Source: Phoronis australis (Eukaryota > Animalia > Phoronida). From it: a stretch of 64,000 nucleotides of DNA. The notes under the pieces were generated by a model. The model made no database searches. It had not been told where the DNA came from and was given only the letters and a program-made list of their open reading frames with translations. A program made the translations under genes and the position numbers. Positions 24,564-38,100 of the stretch are shown in pieces. The stretch is taken from positions 181,312-245,311 of the forward strand of contig NMRA01000618.1 in NCBI GenBank assembly GCA_002633005.1, read 5' to 3'. Within the stretch, counting starts at the first letter, position 1, and each line of letters opens with the position of its first letter.

Positions 24564-27500
24564 ATGGAATTAGTGGAAACTGCCAGACGAGCCAGGAGGT
24601 CGGCGAAATCAGCGTTCACTAGAGTCAGCAATACTCTAGCTGAATTAATTGGAAGTGACGTGGACAAAACAAAAGTACAGGAGTACTTTGATAAGTTGTC
24701 CGTGGCATATGGTAATTTGACGGACAAGCATGAGGCATATGTTTGTCACTTTGACGACGATGACCAGTATTTAGAAGAGGAACAGTGGCTGGAAACGCTG
24801 CACAGAGTATTTGTAGACCACGAAATACGAGTGTTCCAGCTATGCAGCATCAAGGAAGAAAACAACGGTACAACTGAGCCAACCGACGAGACGACTGAGA
24901 CCGATGAGACAGCTGAGACCGGGGAGACAAGAGCGACCGTGACCGGAGATATAGCAGCGACCGGGGAGACAACAGAGACTGTGACCGGAGATACAGCAGC
25001 CGCCGGGACCGAAGTGATGGCAACGACCGGAGACATTACAGAAGCAGACGCAAGCAGTGTAAACGTTGTGACTGACAATGATAAACACTCAGTGTTTAAA
25101 TTGGAAAAACTCGGGGAGACAACAGAGACTGTGACTGGAGATACAGCAGCCGCTGCGACCGAAGTAATGGTGGCAACGACCGGAGAGATTACAGAAGCAG
25201 ACGCGAGCAGTATAAACGTTATGACTGACAATAATAAACACTCAGTGTTTAAATTGGAAAAACATAGACTTCCGAAGTTTGGAGGTGATGTGAGAGAATA
25301 TTTAAGTTTTAAGGATGATTTCCAATACATGGTTGGAAAAAGATATAGCAAGAGGGATAGCATAGCAGTGTTAAGGAATAGCTTGCAAGGTAAGCCTCTT
25401 GATTTAATTAAGGGCTTAGGTTCAGATTATGATGCTGCTTGGGCTTATTTAGATTCAGTGTACGGGGACCCACGTTATGTGGCTGATGTAGTTTTGCAAG
25501 ATTTAAGTAAATTTAAGGGTTTACAGCCAGGCGAGGATAGCAGGTTTTGCGAATTAGTTCAATTAGTGGGGCGTCCATATGACATGGATAACAATCACAT
25601 GTTAGCTATCATTGAGCAACGCATGTGTCATGAAGATAGAAGGTTGTGGGCCCGCGAGTTAGAGCGTGAAAAAGATGAGGCATCACTTTCTAGGCTACTG
25701 GAATGGATGAGCGGCGAGATGAAGACTCGGATGCGTGCCTCAGCTGCGATTAGAACGAGTACACAGAATGCAAAATCCCTTCATCATGTATCCACCACAA
25801 GTAGCGAGCGACCCTCAGCCCACAAGTGTTGGCTGTGCAAATCATCAACACACTGGCCAGACCAATGCCAACAATTGAAACAGCTAACGCCAGAACAGCG
25901 ACTGGCAAAAGTTAGAGAAGAACAAGTATGCTTCTGTTGCTTGAAGAAAACAAGCAAAAGCCACTGGTCAACCAATTGTTCCCGACGAAGGCAATGTCCA
26001 GAGAAAGATGACGGCACCCAGTGCAAGTATCACCACCATCCGCTTTTGCACACGCGCGTCAATCAGAATGCACGACCAACAGGTGGCGTGTACGCAGCAT
26101 CACAGAGTGGCGAAGTGCATGCGGCTTCACGAAGTAGCAAAGGCGATGTACTTTTACCAATTCTCACGACACAAGTTTGTGGCCAGAAAGGGAAAAGGGC
26201 CACTAATGTTTTAATAGATTCCGGAGCGCAGCTTAGCCTGATCACCACAGAATTAGCAAAAGAGTTAGGTGTTGAGGGGAAAACTATTTCCATAGACATA
26301 ACCAAGGTCGGAGGCGAGGTTGAACAGATGTCAACCAAAGTTTACCAGGTAAAGGTAAAATCAAGACTAGATGGCAGTCTGCATAGGATAAAGGCAATAG
26401 GTATCCCGAATATCAGCAACGCGACAGGAGAAGTTAGACTTGACGGGGTAGCACGAAAACTTGGAGTCAGTCCAAACCAGCTGACTAGAGAAGGCGGACC
26501 AATAGGCATTTTAATAGGAGTGGACCATCCTAGAGTACACGCAGGTCCCATAACAGAAATTGGAAAGTTAGTAGCAAGGCAAACACCACTTGGGTGGGTG
26601 GTGCTAGGGCCACTGGATGATGTAATTAACAAAATGCATGGCAGTCAGAGGGCCTTACATGTACAAATCAGACAGGATGTAGGCCTAGACATCACTGAAT
26701 TTTGGAAAACTGAATCCATGGGTGTAAGCAACAAGTGCAATGATTGCGACGCAGGGAAATTAAATAAGACAGAAGCTGACGAGGAAAAATTAATTCGAGA
26801 TTCCAGCAAGAAGGTTGGAAATCAGTGGTTGATTCCTTACCCTTGGGTCAAGGACCCTAAGCAGTTGCCAAACATCAGAGTACAAGCAGAGAAAAGATTG
26901 GCTTCAATTGAGAAAAGGCTGCAGCAGAAAAACATTGCGAAGGCATACGATCAGCAGATGATGGAGATGGAACAAATGAAGTTTAGTAGAAAACTCACAC
27001 CGGAAGAAGTTAATTCTTACAAGGGACCAGTACACTACATAATGCATCACCCTGTAGTGAGAATGAACAAGCCAAGTACCCCGGTAAGAATTGTTTTTAA
27101 TTCATCTTCGTCATATGAAGGACACCGACTCAATGATTACTGACTAAAAGGACCAGATTTGTTAAACGGTCTTTTTGGAGTAGTTTTGAGGTTCAGAGAA
27201 AACCAGGTTGCCATTGTGGGAGATGTGTCCAAGATGTACCACAGAATTCTAATTCCAGTTGAAGACCAGCATGTACACAGATTCTTGTGGAGAAATTTTG
27301 AGCAGCGAACACCAGATTTCTATGTAAAAACGGTATTGACCTTTGGAGATAAACCGGCACCAGCTATGGCACAGATAGCACTACGCAAGACAGCTGAAGA
27401 AAATGTTAAAAATTATCCAGAAGCAGCCAGAATATTAAAGATTAATACGTATGTGGACGACATATGCGAATCGGCCAAGACTGAAAGCGAGGCACAGAGA

Positions 27501-29963
27501 CTTAGCGAGGATCTGAATAAGGTACTCGCTACTGGAGGGTTTGAAGTAAAGGGATGGGCTTCCAACAGAAACCTAGAATGCAACAAACAGGAAAACACGG
27601 AGCTAAATTCCTTGCATGGAATAGAGAAAGTATTGGGAATTTCATGGAACAAGAATACAGATGAACTGACGTTCAAAACAGGCGATGCGCTGCAAGCAAT
27701 TGTAAGTGACAAAGTGAAGTTGACCAAGAGAAAGATACTTAGTCAAGTAGCGAGGATATTTGATCCTATTGGGTTTGCAGCAGCAGTCATTATTAAAGCG
27801 AGGATAGGCATGCAGAAACTATGGCAGTTGGGCTTAGACTGGGATGAAGCTGTCCCACCAACGGTTAATGAAGAATGGTTAGCTCTCTTTGAAGAAATGC
27901 TACGCTTAGGTAACAGATCCTTTCAAAGATGCCTGACGCCAGCAGATGCTATTGGATCACCAATGTTATGCATATGTTCTGATGCATCACAGGATGCATT
28001 TGGAGCATGTGCCTATGCAAGATGGAAGTTAAACGACAGAAGTTTCGGAGTAAGATTTATAGCAGCCAAGTCGAGAGTTGCACCTCTGAAGCAACTAACT
28101 ATTCCAAGGCTTGAATTGCAGGCAGCAGTATTGGCTTCTCGTCTAGGAAAGACAATTCAAGAAGAATCGAGATTTGCCTTTGAAGAAGTAAAGTACTTCG
28201 TCGACAGCCAGATAGTCTTAGCATGGATTCACAGTCCATCTAGAAGTTTCAAGGCTTTTGTTTCAGCTAGAGTTGGAGAAATACAGAGTCATTCAAATCC
28301 AGCTCAATGGAGATTTATTCCAGGGACAGAAAATGTTGCAGATGACATGTCCCGTGGAATTTCGGTAGAACAACTGAATCAGAGATGGCAAGAAGGCCCA
28401 GAATTTCTGAAGAAATCTGAAGATGAATGGCCACAGAGCAAAGAAGATGGAAATGCTTTACAAGAAGATACACAAGAACGCAAGAAGGTTCACGTGATTC
28501 AAGAAGTAGAAAGAATTCAACTAGTTGTTGATTGTACAAGATTCTCCAATTGGCGTAAACTATTACGAGTTACAGCATTGGTTCTAAAGATGCAAGAAAA
28601 AATACGCAGACGACGACAAGGCAATCGGCAAGAGTTTCCAATAGTACCACTGTCTCCAGCGGACATTCTGAGAGCAGAGAATTACTGGGTCAGAGAAGCA
28701 CAGAAAGATCTTAAGAATAGAATGCAAGATGGCGCTTTTGTGACACTTTCACCTTTCACTGATGAGGAAGGGCTGATACGTGTTGGTGGTAGAATTGACA
28801 AAGCAAATCTACCATATGAATCAAGACATCCAGTATTGTTACCGCACAGTCACTATATCTCGAAGTTGATTGCAGCTCAGATGCACAGAATAGGACATAG
28901 TGGAGTTGCAGCGACAACGGCAAAAATCAGACAAAGATTTTGGATCCTGAAAGCACACGACTTAGTAAAGCGCATCAAATATCAATGTGCATTTTGCAGA
29001 GAAATGAACGCGAGACTTGAGACACAGTTGATGGCTGATTTACCAGAAAGACGACTTATGCCATACACACCCCCATTTTTCCATGCACCTTACAATGTAA
29101 AGATTGGTAGAAACAAGACAACGAAGCATTATGGAGTAATCTTCACATGTCTGAATACCGGAGCAGTCCATTTGGAGTTGGCTACAGATTGTTCAACGAT
29201 GGAATATGTGCAAGTGCTCAGAAGTTTCTTCTCCATAAGAGGATACCCTCAGACACTCACAAGCGATAATGGTACTTAATTTGTAGGAGCAGAAAGAGAG
29301 CTTCGTGAAATGATCAGAGGATGGGACATACAAGCGATACAAGAGTTTGGCGTAGAAAAGAGTATGAAATGGCAATTCATTACTCCAACAGCACCACATC
29401 AGAATGGTCGTGCTGAAGCACTGGTAAAGACATGTAAAGCAGCACTTAAAGCAGCAATTGCAACGCAGTTACTCACACCATTTGAGTTATACACTTGTCT
29501 ACTGGAAGTGGCTAACTTGGTGAACCAGCGTCCAATAGGAAGAATTCATAATGACCCAGATGATGGTTCATATTTGTGTCCAAATCACATGCTTTTGGGA
29601 AGAGCAACACCAAATGCACCTCAAGGTCCATTCAAAGAAACTCGCAATCCTAGACACCGAGTAGAGTTTGTACAACGACTTATAGATTCCTTTTGGAAAA
29701 GATGGTCTAGAGATGTCTTACCAACATTGGTACCAAGGACCAGATGGAATTACCAGAGAAGAAATGTCAGCATCGGAGATGTTGTAGTCATTGCTGATCC
29801 TAATGCTCTAAGAGGGAAATGGACTCTTGGAAAAGTCGAGCAGGTTTTTCCAGGTGGTGACGGACGGGTTAGAAATATTGATGTTCGCACTAGTAAGGGA
29901 TTATTAAGTAGACCAGTTACTAAAGTAGCAGTGATATACCCAGTAGAGGGGTATGAGGACTAA
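24564..29963 (+). pseudogene. BEL/Pao gag-pol polyprotein with two nonsense codons (TGA 27141-27143, TAA 29277-29279)
   Basis: ORFs 24564, 27159 and 29310 share one frame. Motifs: three Gag Cys/His knuckles, protease LIDSGAQ, RT YVDD, RNase H SDAS, integrase HH-CC, SDNG and NGRAE. Confidence 0.93.
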
Positions 29964-29982
29964 CTCCTCATAGGGGGGAGGG

Positions 29983-30827
29983 TGTTGTGTTTATGTTTAC
30001 GTTAGAATCGGGCATGTGACTACAGCTGATGGGATGAGTGCAGTGTGTGGGTTGATGACTCTAGGAAACAGGGCTTATTATGTAATAGTGTTACTCATAT
30101 AGTTCCGTGCAGCAGTTGTAGTGAGTTCTATGTATAATTGGATATATTCCAAGAAATAACCTTTAAATATGGCCATGTTCGTAGTACAGCTATTCATTGA
30201 CAAGAGAATTCGGTGACAAATTTGGTAAGGGCAAGTAAAATCATGAAAGTGACTAGATTAGTCATAGGGTTAGAATCATTTAAATTCTGAATGAGAAGGC
30301 ATTTTACAGCAGTTCAGAACGGAGATGTAAACGGGTTAAGACGTAGTGAAGCAGTTTATGAAGTTAAAACCGATGTAGCAGGACTTTGATTCCTCCACAG
30401 AAGTAAGTAGTTATTTACTATTATTCGTATTGTAATTTTTAAGTAAAATAAGGTTTATTTAGAATTATTGTCAAATAGAAAGCTCAGAAATATGTTTGAC
30501 TATTATGAAAAATAGCGTGAATAAGAAATAACGAAAGTTTAAATAGTTTAATACAAGTATGTTTGAATATGATGCAGTTATCATGGAAATTAGATCAGTA
30601 ATGTGTTTAGATTCACCAAAAAAATAAGCTAGGAATCTTATTACGGTAACTAACGTTTATATCGGAATTATATATAGCGTTTGACAAGTAATTGTTATTT
30701 AGATTAATTAGTTTCTAATGTTTTGTAATTTGTTGTTTACAGATCGAATAAATATACTATCATTTATATGATTTAAAGAGGAATCCTAGTTCTCATTGGT
30801 TTCGGCCTTGAGCCTGTCAGCGGTACA
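29983..30827 (+). repeat. 3' LTR of the BEL element (845 bp)
   Basis: tgttgtgttt...cagcggtaca, with aataaa near 30747. Confidence 0.9.
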
Positions 30828-31901
30828 GTAGAGTGCATAGAGTAGAAACAAAATAGGGATTAAATTGCGTTCTAAATATGAACAAAAGCTTGATTCCGTT
30901 AATTTGCGTGCACCACGTGTCTAAGTTGTATTATTCCCTTTGTTTGCTCTCATCTCTCATCAACAGATGTCACGTGTAACCTGTGAAAGATGACAAGGCG
31001 ATATTTTAACTAACCAACTCAACAACATATGTCACCTATACCTAACCCAGGCACTAAATTAATAGTTAGATATTATGACGACCTAAAATAGTACACAAAC
31101 TTCATTTCTTACACGTGCATTAGTAACAGAGGACATTCGAATATACTACAAAAATCGTCAAGACTTTCAGACACCATTATTCGTACATGTACAAGCCGTT
31201 TCCTCTGTCTCGAACTAGACATGCTTCACATTAATGACGTATTTGACTATACAAGTTTTGTTTACGTAAGACTTGATAGGCATGTACCTTTCTTTATACT
31301 GGGCCATTTAAGTATATTTTGAACCAAACTGACAATCAATTACAATGAAATAAACCTATATTTAATCGTACATTATAATTACGAATGACATTGTAACAGG
31401 CAGTAACCCGTCGGTGGGCCAGATCTCATAGCGTTCATCCTTGTGAGTACTTTGGGGGGGCAACCTAGTTTTTTCTATGTGGCTAGATAATATACCTATA
31501 AATCAAATTCAAAAAAGTTCCCACGTCTACACTTGCACATTTTTTTAAAAAGGGTGTTTTTGTTGCACAAAATATGATGCACATTCCTGCCACTTGATGG
31601 CGCTTTTCTATTGAATTGACCAATCAGAGAGCCAGATTGTAGTGTTGTGCTTAGTTACTTCAATATGGCTGCTACCATGAAGTGTGATGCCTGTATAATT
31701 CAAGGTTTATCAAACAGCACAAAATTGTGATGTCAGAGCCTAAAGAAGCTTAGGAAAGCTTCCTGACGAAAGCTGATTGACTGTGGAACTCTGTAGATCA
31801 GTAGATCAAAAAGAAGAAGAGGTGTCACAAACGTTTGTGCAGAAAACAGCTGCATGTCCTGGTAGCCTACACAGTATACTGCTGAGTGCTGTAGACTAGA
31901 A

Positions 31902-32534
31902 NNNNNNNNNNNNNNNNNNNNNNNNNNNNNNNNNNNNNNNNNNNNNNNNNNNNNNNNNNNNNNNNNNNNNNNNNNNNNNNNNNNNNNNNNNNNNNNNNNN
32001 NNNNNNNNNNNNNNNNNNNNNNNNNNNNNNNNNNNNNNNNNNNNNNNNNNNNNNNNNNNNNNNNNNNNNNNNNNNNNNNNNNNNNNNNNNNNNNNNNNNN
32101 NNNNNNNNNNNNNNNNNNNNNNNNNNNNNNNNNNNNNNNNNNNNNNNNNNNNNNNNNNNNNNNNNNNNNNNNNNNNNNNNNNNNNNNNNNNNNNNNNNNN
32201 NNNNNNNNNNNNNNNNNNNNNNNNNNNNNNNNNNNNNNNNNNNNNNNNNNNNNNNNNNNNNNNNNNNNNNNNNNNNNNNNNNNNNNNNNNNNNNNNNNNN
32301 NNNNNNNNNNNNNNNNNNNNNNNNNNNNNNNNNNNNNNNNNNNNNNNNNNNNNNNNNNNNNNNNNNNNNNNNNNNNNNNNNNNNNNNNNNNNNNNNNNNN
32401 NNNNNNNNNNNNNNNNNNNNNNNNNNNNNNNNNNNNNNNNNNNNNNNNNNNNNNNNNNNNNNNNNNNNNNNNNNNNNNNNNNNNNNNNNNNNNNNNNNNN
32501 NNNNNNNNNNNNNNNNNNNNNNNNNNNNNNNNNN
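31902..32534. other. Assembly gap
   Basis: Run of N. Confidence 1.
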
Positions 32535-33414
32535 TGCCAACTCACTCATAGTTGAATGTTAAATTAGTGTTAACAGTTCGGGTTTTTTCAGTTGGACTTG
32601 TATCGCAAGCAACAGCTCAGTCCAGAGCCCTGAATATGCAAATGAAATTCAAAGATAAAGACCTTGTGTCTTAGAAGCCAAGTACCAGAGATCATCATGC
32701 TATAAAAAATAGAAAGACAACGATTGTGAAGAGTGATGAATTCACAGTTTTCAGAGATGTTTTTCTACAGTTTTGTGTAGAGTTCATCGAATCGAAGCTT
32801 CTAACACAAGGAAATGTCATTTGCCTTTCAACACTAAAGCAAGACTTTGAAGCTGTTCTTCAGAAAGCTGGTGTGCATTTAGTTATTTGGACAGGCAATC
32901 TTAAGAAATATTGTTGAAGCTACTCACTGTTGTAGTTTGTGCCTGACTAAGGCTCATGTTTGTCTGAGCGAACGAGGAGCTGGGTAGAGTCCACGATGAC
33001 TTTATTATTTTCAAGTAAAATCTGTTCACTTGACACACGTCTGTTGGTAGGTTATTTTTAAGTCAGCTGCCTAGACGCATACGTACGTCCAATAATAACT
33101 CATATAATCACCCGATCTTTCTAAAAATTAGATTATCATCTCCCAGTGCTATTCAGAGCAGCATAACCAAACCAGACTTCACCCTGGATGTCACAATTAA
33201 CTAGGTCTATCAGCTGTAACAGGGTGATCGTTGTATATTCTCTGTCTACTGAGGGAAAACGATTCCCAAGAGACGACCAGTATATTTTCTGTAAGTTATC
33301 TCATTTTATTTCTCAACTGATAAGTTGTTGCCGTTAGTATTTGAATTTTATTAGGTCTGTTTCAAAACATTGTTCCTAATTTTGTTCTTAGGACCTCAAG
33401 CAACTCAGTTGAGC

Positions 33415-33565
33415 ACAGGCGTGTTCAAGGGTGGGGTCAAAAGGGTCCAGAACCCCATTTTCCCTTGATTTTATTGATATCAGATCTAGAATTTTCCAAT
33501 TATTGACCACTTTTTTAAAAATCTTTGAACCGACTCCTTTGAAAAATCATGGATCTGCCCTTAGG
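33415..33565. repeat. MITE (hAT-like), related to 8215-8304
   Basis: Shared internal sequence with 8215-8304; ends in ggatctgccc. Confidence 0.55.
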
Positions 33566-35101
33566 TGTTGAGTCGCTATTTGGGACTGTTTCGTGCAACT
33601 GGGCTCAGACCCCCTGCTGGAATGTAGAATGTCATAAGGTGTAAATTTTCAAAACAAAGATCTGGACCCGTGTTTGGATGGAGTAAGAGGGCAGTTTTTG
33701 AATATTGGCATAGAAAACATTTGATGGTTGGGGGAGGAAAGTCTGTCAAATTTTCGATTTCATTTTAAAACAAAGTTTATGTATTGAAAGTTTGAGTAAT
33801 TAATTGTTAATTGATATTATCATATGGAATGTTGGGGGCAGAAAGCTATCTGCGACCCCGCCTTTTGGTTGAGGGGCGCCCGTCCACCTTTTTGCTCCTC
33901 CCTCTTCTTCAGCTGATATAACTTATGTTCATTGCTTCCCGAAACCCCTTGGATATAATCCTACATGCTTTGTACCTGTCCAGCCTCTAATAACCTACTT
34001 TCACCTGCTCTCCTCTGATTAGTGAGTCACTAAATGCTTAAGATGTATTTCTCGTAATTAAAATTACTTTAGCTGGACATTTTTTCTTGATTTACTCTGT
34101 ATTTAGCTTGCCTACATGTATGTGTTTTTTCTAATACATTGCTCATATTTGTGTTCTCAATATTTTAACAGCCACTTCATGATTTTGAATTTGACAAACT
34201 AAAATCGGCCCTGGTAGTCGACGCCTCGCGTACTTCGTCGGAGCACACACACCCGGTAGGTGTCGCAACGGTCCATGACACAGTAATGGCGGCGGCCAAT
34301 GAAATTAGTCTTGTTAACGTCTTTGGCTTAGCCATGTGAGGCTTCTTTAGGACAAATCGCCGGAATATCACGAGCAATAATAAGTTATATCAGCATTGAA
34401 ATTTTCTGGTGTATAATACAATAAAAAATAACGGCAAATTGCAGCAATTTATATCTATATTATTGCAAAAATAAGTAATTAGATTCGAAAAAGATTAATT
34501 TGTAAGTTACTATTAATAAAACAGAATCGGAAATAAGTACGCGAACAATCTTTATTTCAAACAATAACCGAAAATTGCCTTCTGCTTTATGAACGAAAGC
34601 CACGACGACTGTGAAATAATTAAAATCTGCCTTCAGTTTGTTTTAATGATGTCAAGTCAGAAGCAAATCAATGTGCAGAAGGTATTTCACCTAACTAAGA
34701 ATCAGATGGCTAATCGATCAGCGCCGGCTACGGGACGAGGCTGCCAAAATAGCAAGAACTTTTATAAGAAATGCAAAACTTAACTTGTGGGAACTTTTTG
34801 AGTTAAAAAATACTTGAAGATATATCTAGTCACACGGTGGAGCTCCCCTGATCGTCACGGGGTGGAAAATATGGAATTACAGTCCATTGCAAACGTCAAG
34901 TAATGAACGAGATGAATACACCAGCCGGCGGATGTAAAAGTGCTAAGTACCAATCACAAATAAGTCCTCAAAATAACAATAAATAGTTATTAAATTACGA
35001 TTGCATAATGATGTACAGTTATTATGAAATAGTTACACTAGCTTTTAATAACTGCCGTTGCGGCACCGACCAGAGTTTGCCATATATGACAGCAGAGACT
35101 A

Positions 35102-38100
35102 TAGTCCGGTCCCTTAGCAGCCAAAACCCCCAAAACATTTACACCCCGGATTAAAGCACCAAAGTTGGTACACAGATACGTTGGGACACGCTGAATCTCA
35201 TGAGGGTCGGTTGCCCGAAATTTGGGCTCAAGGTCAAGGTCAAATCAAGGTCAAAGGTCACGTAGGTATTTTTTTTGAAATGACTTGACACAAAGTATCT
35301 GCTTCATTGCTGTTTCAGGTGATAAGCAGGATACTTTATTTTGATTTCAAATTAATGTTGATAACTTCTAAAAAAGAAGTTAAAAGCATAACAGTAATTT
35401 TCCTGACACTTAAGATGGCAATTATCATAATTAATAGAGCATATATATTTTCAATGGAAATTAAGTCCATTTGTTTTCTCTAGCTGAGAAAAACTGTCAA
35501 ACTAGTATGAATATGCATTAAGTCAACTTTAGAATGTTTAACCTTTTACAGAACTTCATTTTTAAATGTCTTTGTCAAAATATTTATAATTAATTATGTA
35601 ACAAATCGTCTCTGTAATTAAAGGAAATCGGACATTTTTCTAAATTTTCAAAGAACAATTGCTGAAACTTTTATCATCATTTTTAATTTGATCATAGCTA
35701 AAGGTTAATTTGTTAATTAATGTGTTTATATTTTAGTTTGAACTTGATGGTGACATAAGTTCAACCAATTAAGGTAATTTAGGTAATTTAAGGTTCACCA
35801 CAAGTATGAAATAACAACAAAATCACCAGGTTTTACCTGTATCCCAATGAGGTGAATTCCTTGTTGCACTGTATTTTAAAACAGATCCAGGCATAATTAA
35901 TTGTCTTGAGGAACATGTTGTATAAACAAATGTTTATTATTTATTAATTGCGTCCATCTAATTGTTTGTGGTGACATACAGTCTAACAGCTGAAGCTGAC
36001 CTCTGCTCATTCGGACAACAGTACCCAAACAGGTGACATCAGCTCTGAGACTTTCATAATGTTGACCTCGAGTTCATTGTTCGTGTAATATTATTTTTAA
36101 TGAGATATTCTAAATTAGGTATGCACTTTCTTGATTAACTATGTATATAAATATATATCCTAAATTGTTTTGACTGATTAGAGATAATACTTTTGGTTGG
36201 CTTCAGCACATCTGAAGACAGGAGCCGGGATTTCCTGTTTAAATCACTACAGTAGCTATTCGCATATATAGCCTACAATGCAAGTTGTTTAATAAGGCCA
36301 AATTAAGAGAGCAATTTTTCTAAGAAACCCATTCCAATAAATAATACCTACAAAAATTACGCTTTAATTCCTTAATACCTTATTCCCAAGGTCAAGTTGT
36401 TTGAGCAATCCCTTACTCTAAATTAACCACTTGTAATTGCAATTTATTGTTCTAAAACGTTACCCACCACCCTGAAAGTAATTGTGATTGTAGATTTTCT
36501 GAATAACAGGCCATAGGCACTATTAATAGAAATGTTTCGAAGACGGCTGGTTACCTGAGCTGGAACAATACGTCAGCTCTCGTTACGTCACTATGACGTA
36601 TTCGTACCGCTTGCTTCAGGAGGCCTCAGTGGCTACACCTGGTAGAGCTGATTCCTTTCTTCAAGCCTCACACTTGACTCGAACAAGACATGCGCACCAA
36701 GTGACAGCTCTGTCTCTGGCAAAGCTACAGGAAGAACCATTTCTTATTGTGAAAAATGAAGGTGCTGTCGAGTCTCCAGCAGGAAAAGTGATAGCTCAAT
36801 GAGAATTCTGAGTTTTGGAATGTTATCTTACATGTCCAGTTACTGATCTTGATTCTCGTCCTTGCTCATGGTGAATGCAACTTGTCGCTGTGCATTGATG
36901 TCTTTGAATCTCTTGTGTCCTATTTCTTTGCTCTTGACCTTCAAAATTATGCAAGATGGGTCTCTCTCCACACCCAAGACGTGAGTGCTATACCAGTTAA
37001 CGTACGACAGCATCTGATGGATGTCTTCAAATACACGGCACAGATTCTGTGCTGTTGCAATTGACTGGGCGGATGAAGAAAATAACGCCTTAGTCCAAGA
37101 CAGTGGTGGGGCTATTGGATTAACTGAAAATCCAAACGCTTTGATAGAGTGAATGGTGTTTGGGTCCGAGCTATAGCCAGGTTGCTGACTGAGTTTGATT
37201 GTCAATCGTTTTGAAGACAATAACGAGGGAAAAAAACGCCACAAAGACATTCTATACTTCCAGAACAACTTTAAAAACCATGTGAACAGTTTGTGTGGTG
37301 TAAGGTGTCAGTTCAGCAAACTAAAGGGAAACCCTTTCTTTGACCATGGTGATGAACTTATGACGTTAGAAACGCTACAGGTCTTCAGACTATCGAAGTG
37401 ACTGGAAAACAGCAATATGACAGCTATAAGCAAACAGTCGTAATTGAAAAGTCCCAACCAATAAAGACCCCTATCAAGAAAAACAAGTTTGTTGTTTCCG
37501 AAACAGCTAACGGGAAGGCAAAAAGAGTGACTCAGCAGCGCATGGATGACATCAAGAAAGACTGCAGCTTATTTAGTCAGGTTTTTATAGCTAGTCAAAT
37601 TCTAGAAGGATGATTTTCTTATACATGAGAATCATTCTTGGCCACCATCCCTGAACCGGAACGACAGTCTCGGTTTACCCTCACAGAAGTCACACTTGCT
37701 CAAAATGTTGGAACTTCCTCATTCAGACGTTCCTGAATCCGTCGATGTCAAAGTCTTTGATGGGCCAGCTATTGTGCGCAAATTTTCTCCAAACGAATCC
37801 GCGACATTCGGACAGTTCAGTGAAAACTGCTAAGTGGGCACATTCTAACCTTCACAACTGCTGTAGAGTTGACATTGTGTTTGATGCTTACACTGAAGAC
37901 AGCTTGAAGGCCACCGCTGATAGAGGTACAGGTGATCTTGCCAAAGTTTCACACAAAACGCAACTGTCTCTGTACTTCCAGATTTTCTTGCAAACTCGAA
38001 GAATAAAGAGGAATTGTTCATGCTGTTAGCTGAAGATATCTTTAGCAATCGCCTATCCTCCAGGACAAAATATATATGTTACCCACGGTCACTCTGTTCT

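Larger units (their letters stand above)
24341..30827 (+). mobile_element. BEL/Pao LTR retrotransposon, near full length
   Basis: TG...CA LTRs, a polypurine tract (aggggggaggg, 29972-29982) and gag-PR-RT-RNaseH-INT order in one reading frame. Confidence 0.95.
31429..34871 (+). mobile_element. Degraded Academ-like DNA transposon (N-terminal transposase remnants, diverged TIRs)
   Basis: Inverted similarity between 31478-31545 (gtggctagata...aaaaagttcccac) and 34770-34835 (gtgggaacttttt...tatctagtcac). Coding remnants KDKDLVS/LEAKYQRSSCYKK and FCVEFIESKLL at 32640-32920. Confidence 0.5.

Noticed and set aside
24746-26632. Minus-strand ORFs inside the BEL gag-pol
   Set aside because: Antisense shadows of the coding strand.
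31589-31605. CTCF-like motifs (ccacttgatggcgc; similar at ~7530 and ~56420)
   Set aside because: Short motif matches, at least partly inside transposon remnants, cannot be called binding sites without data.
31733-32549. Long ORFs at 31733-32549 and 48365-49196
   Set aside because: Artefacts of translating N-gaps.
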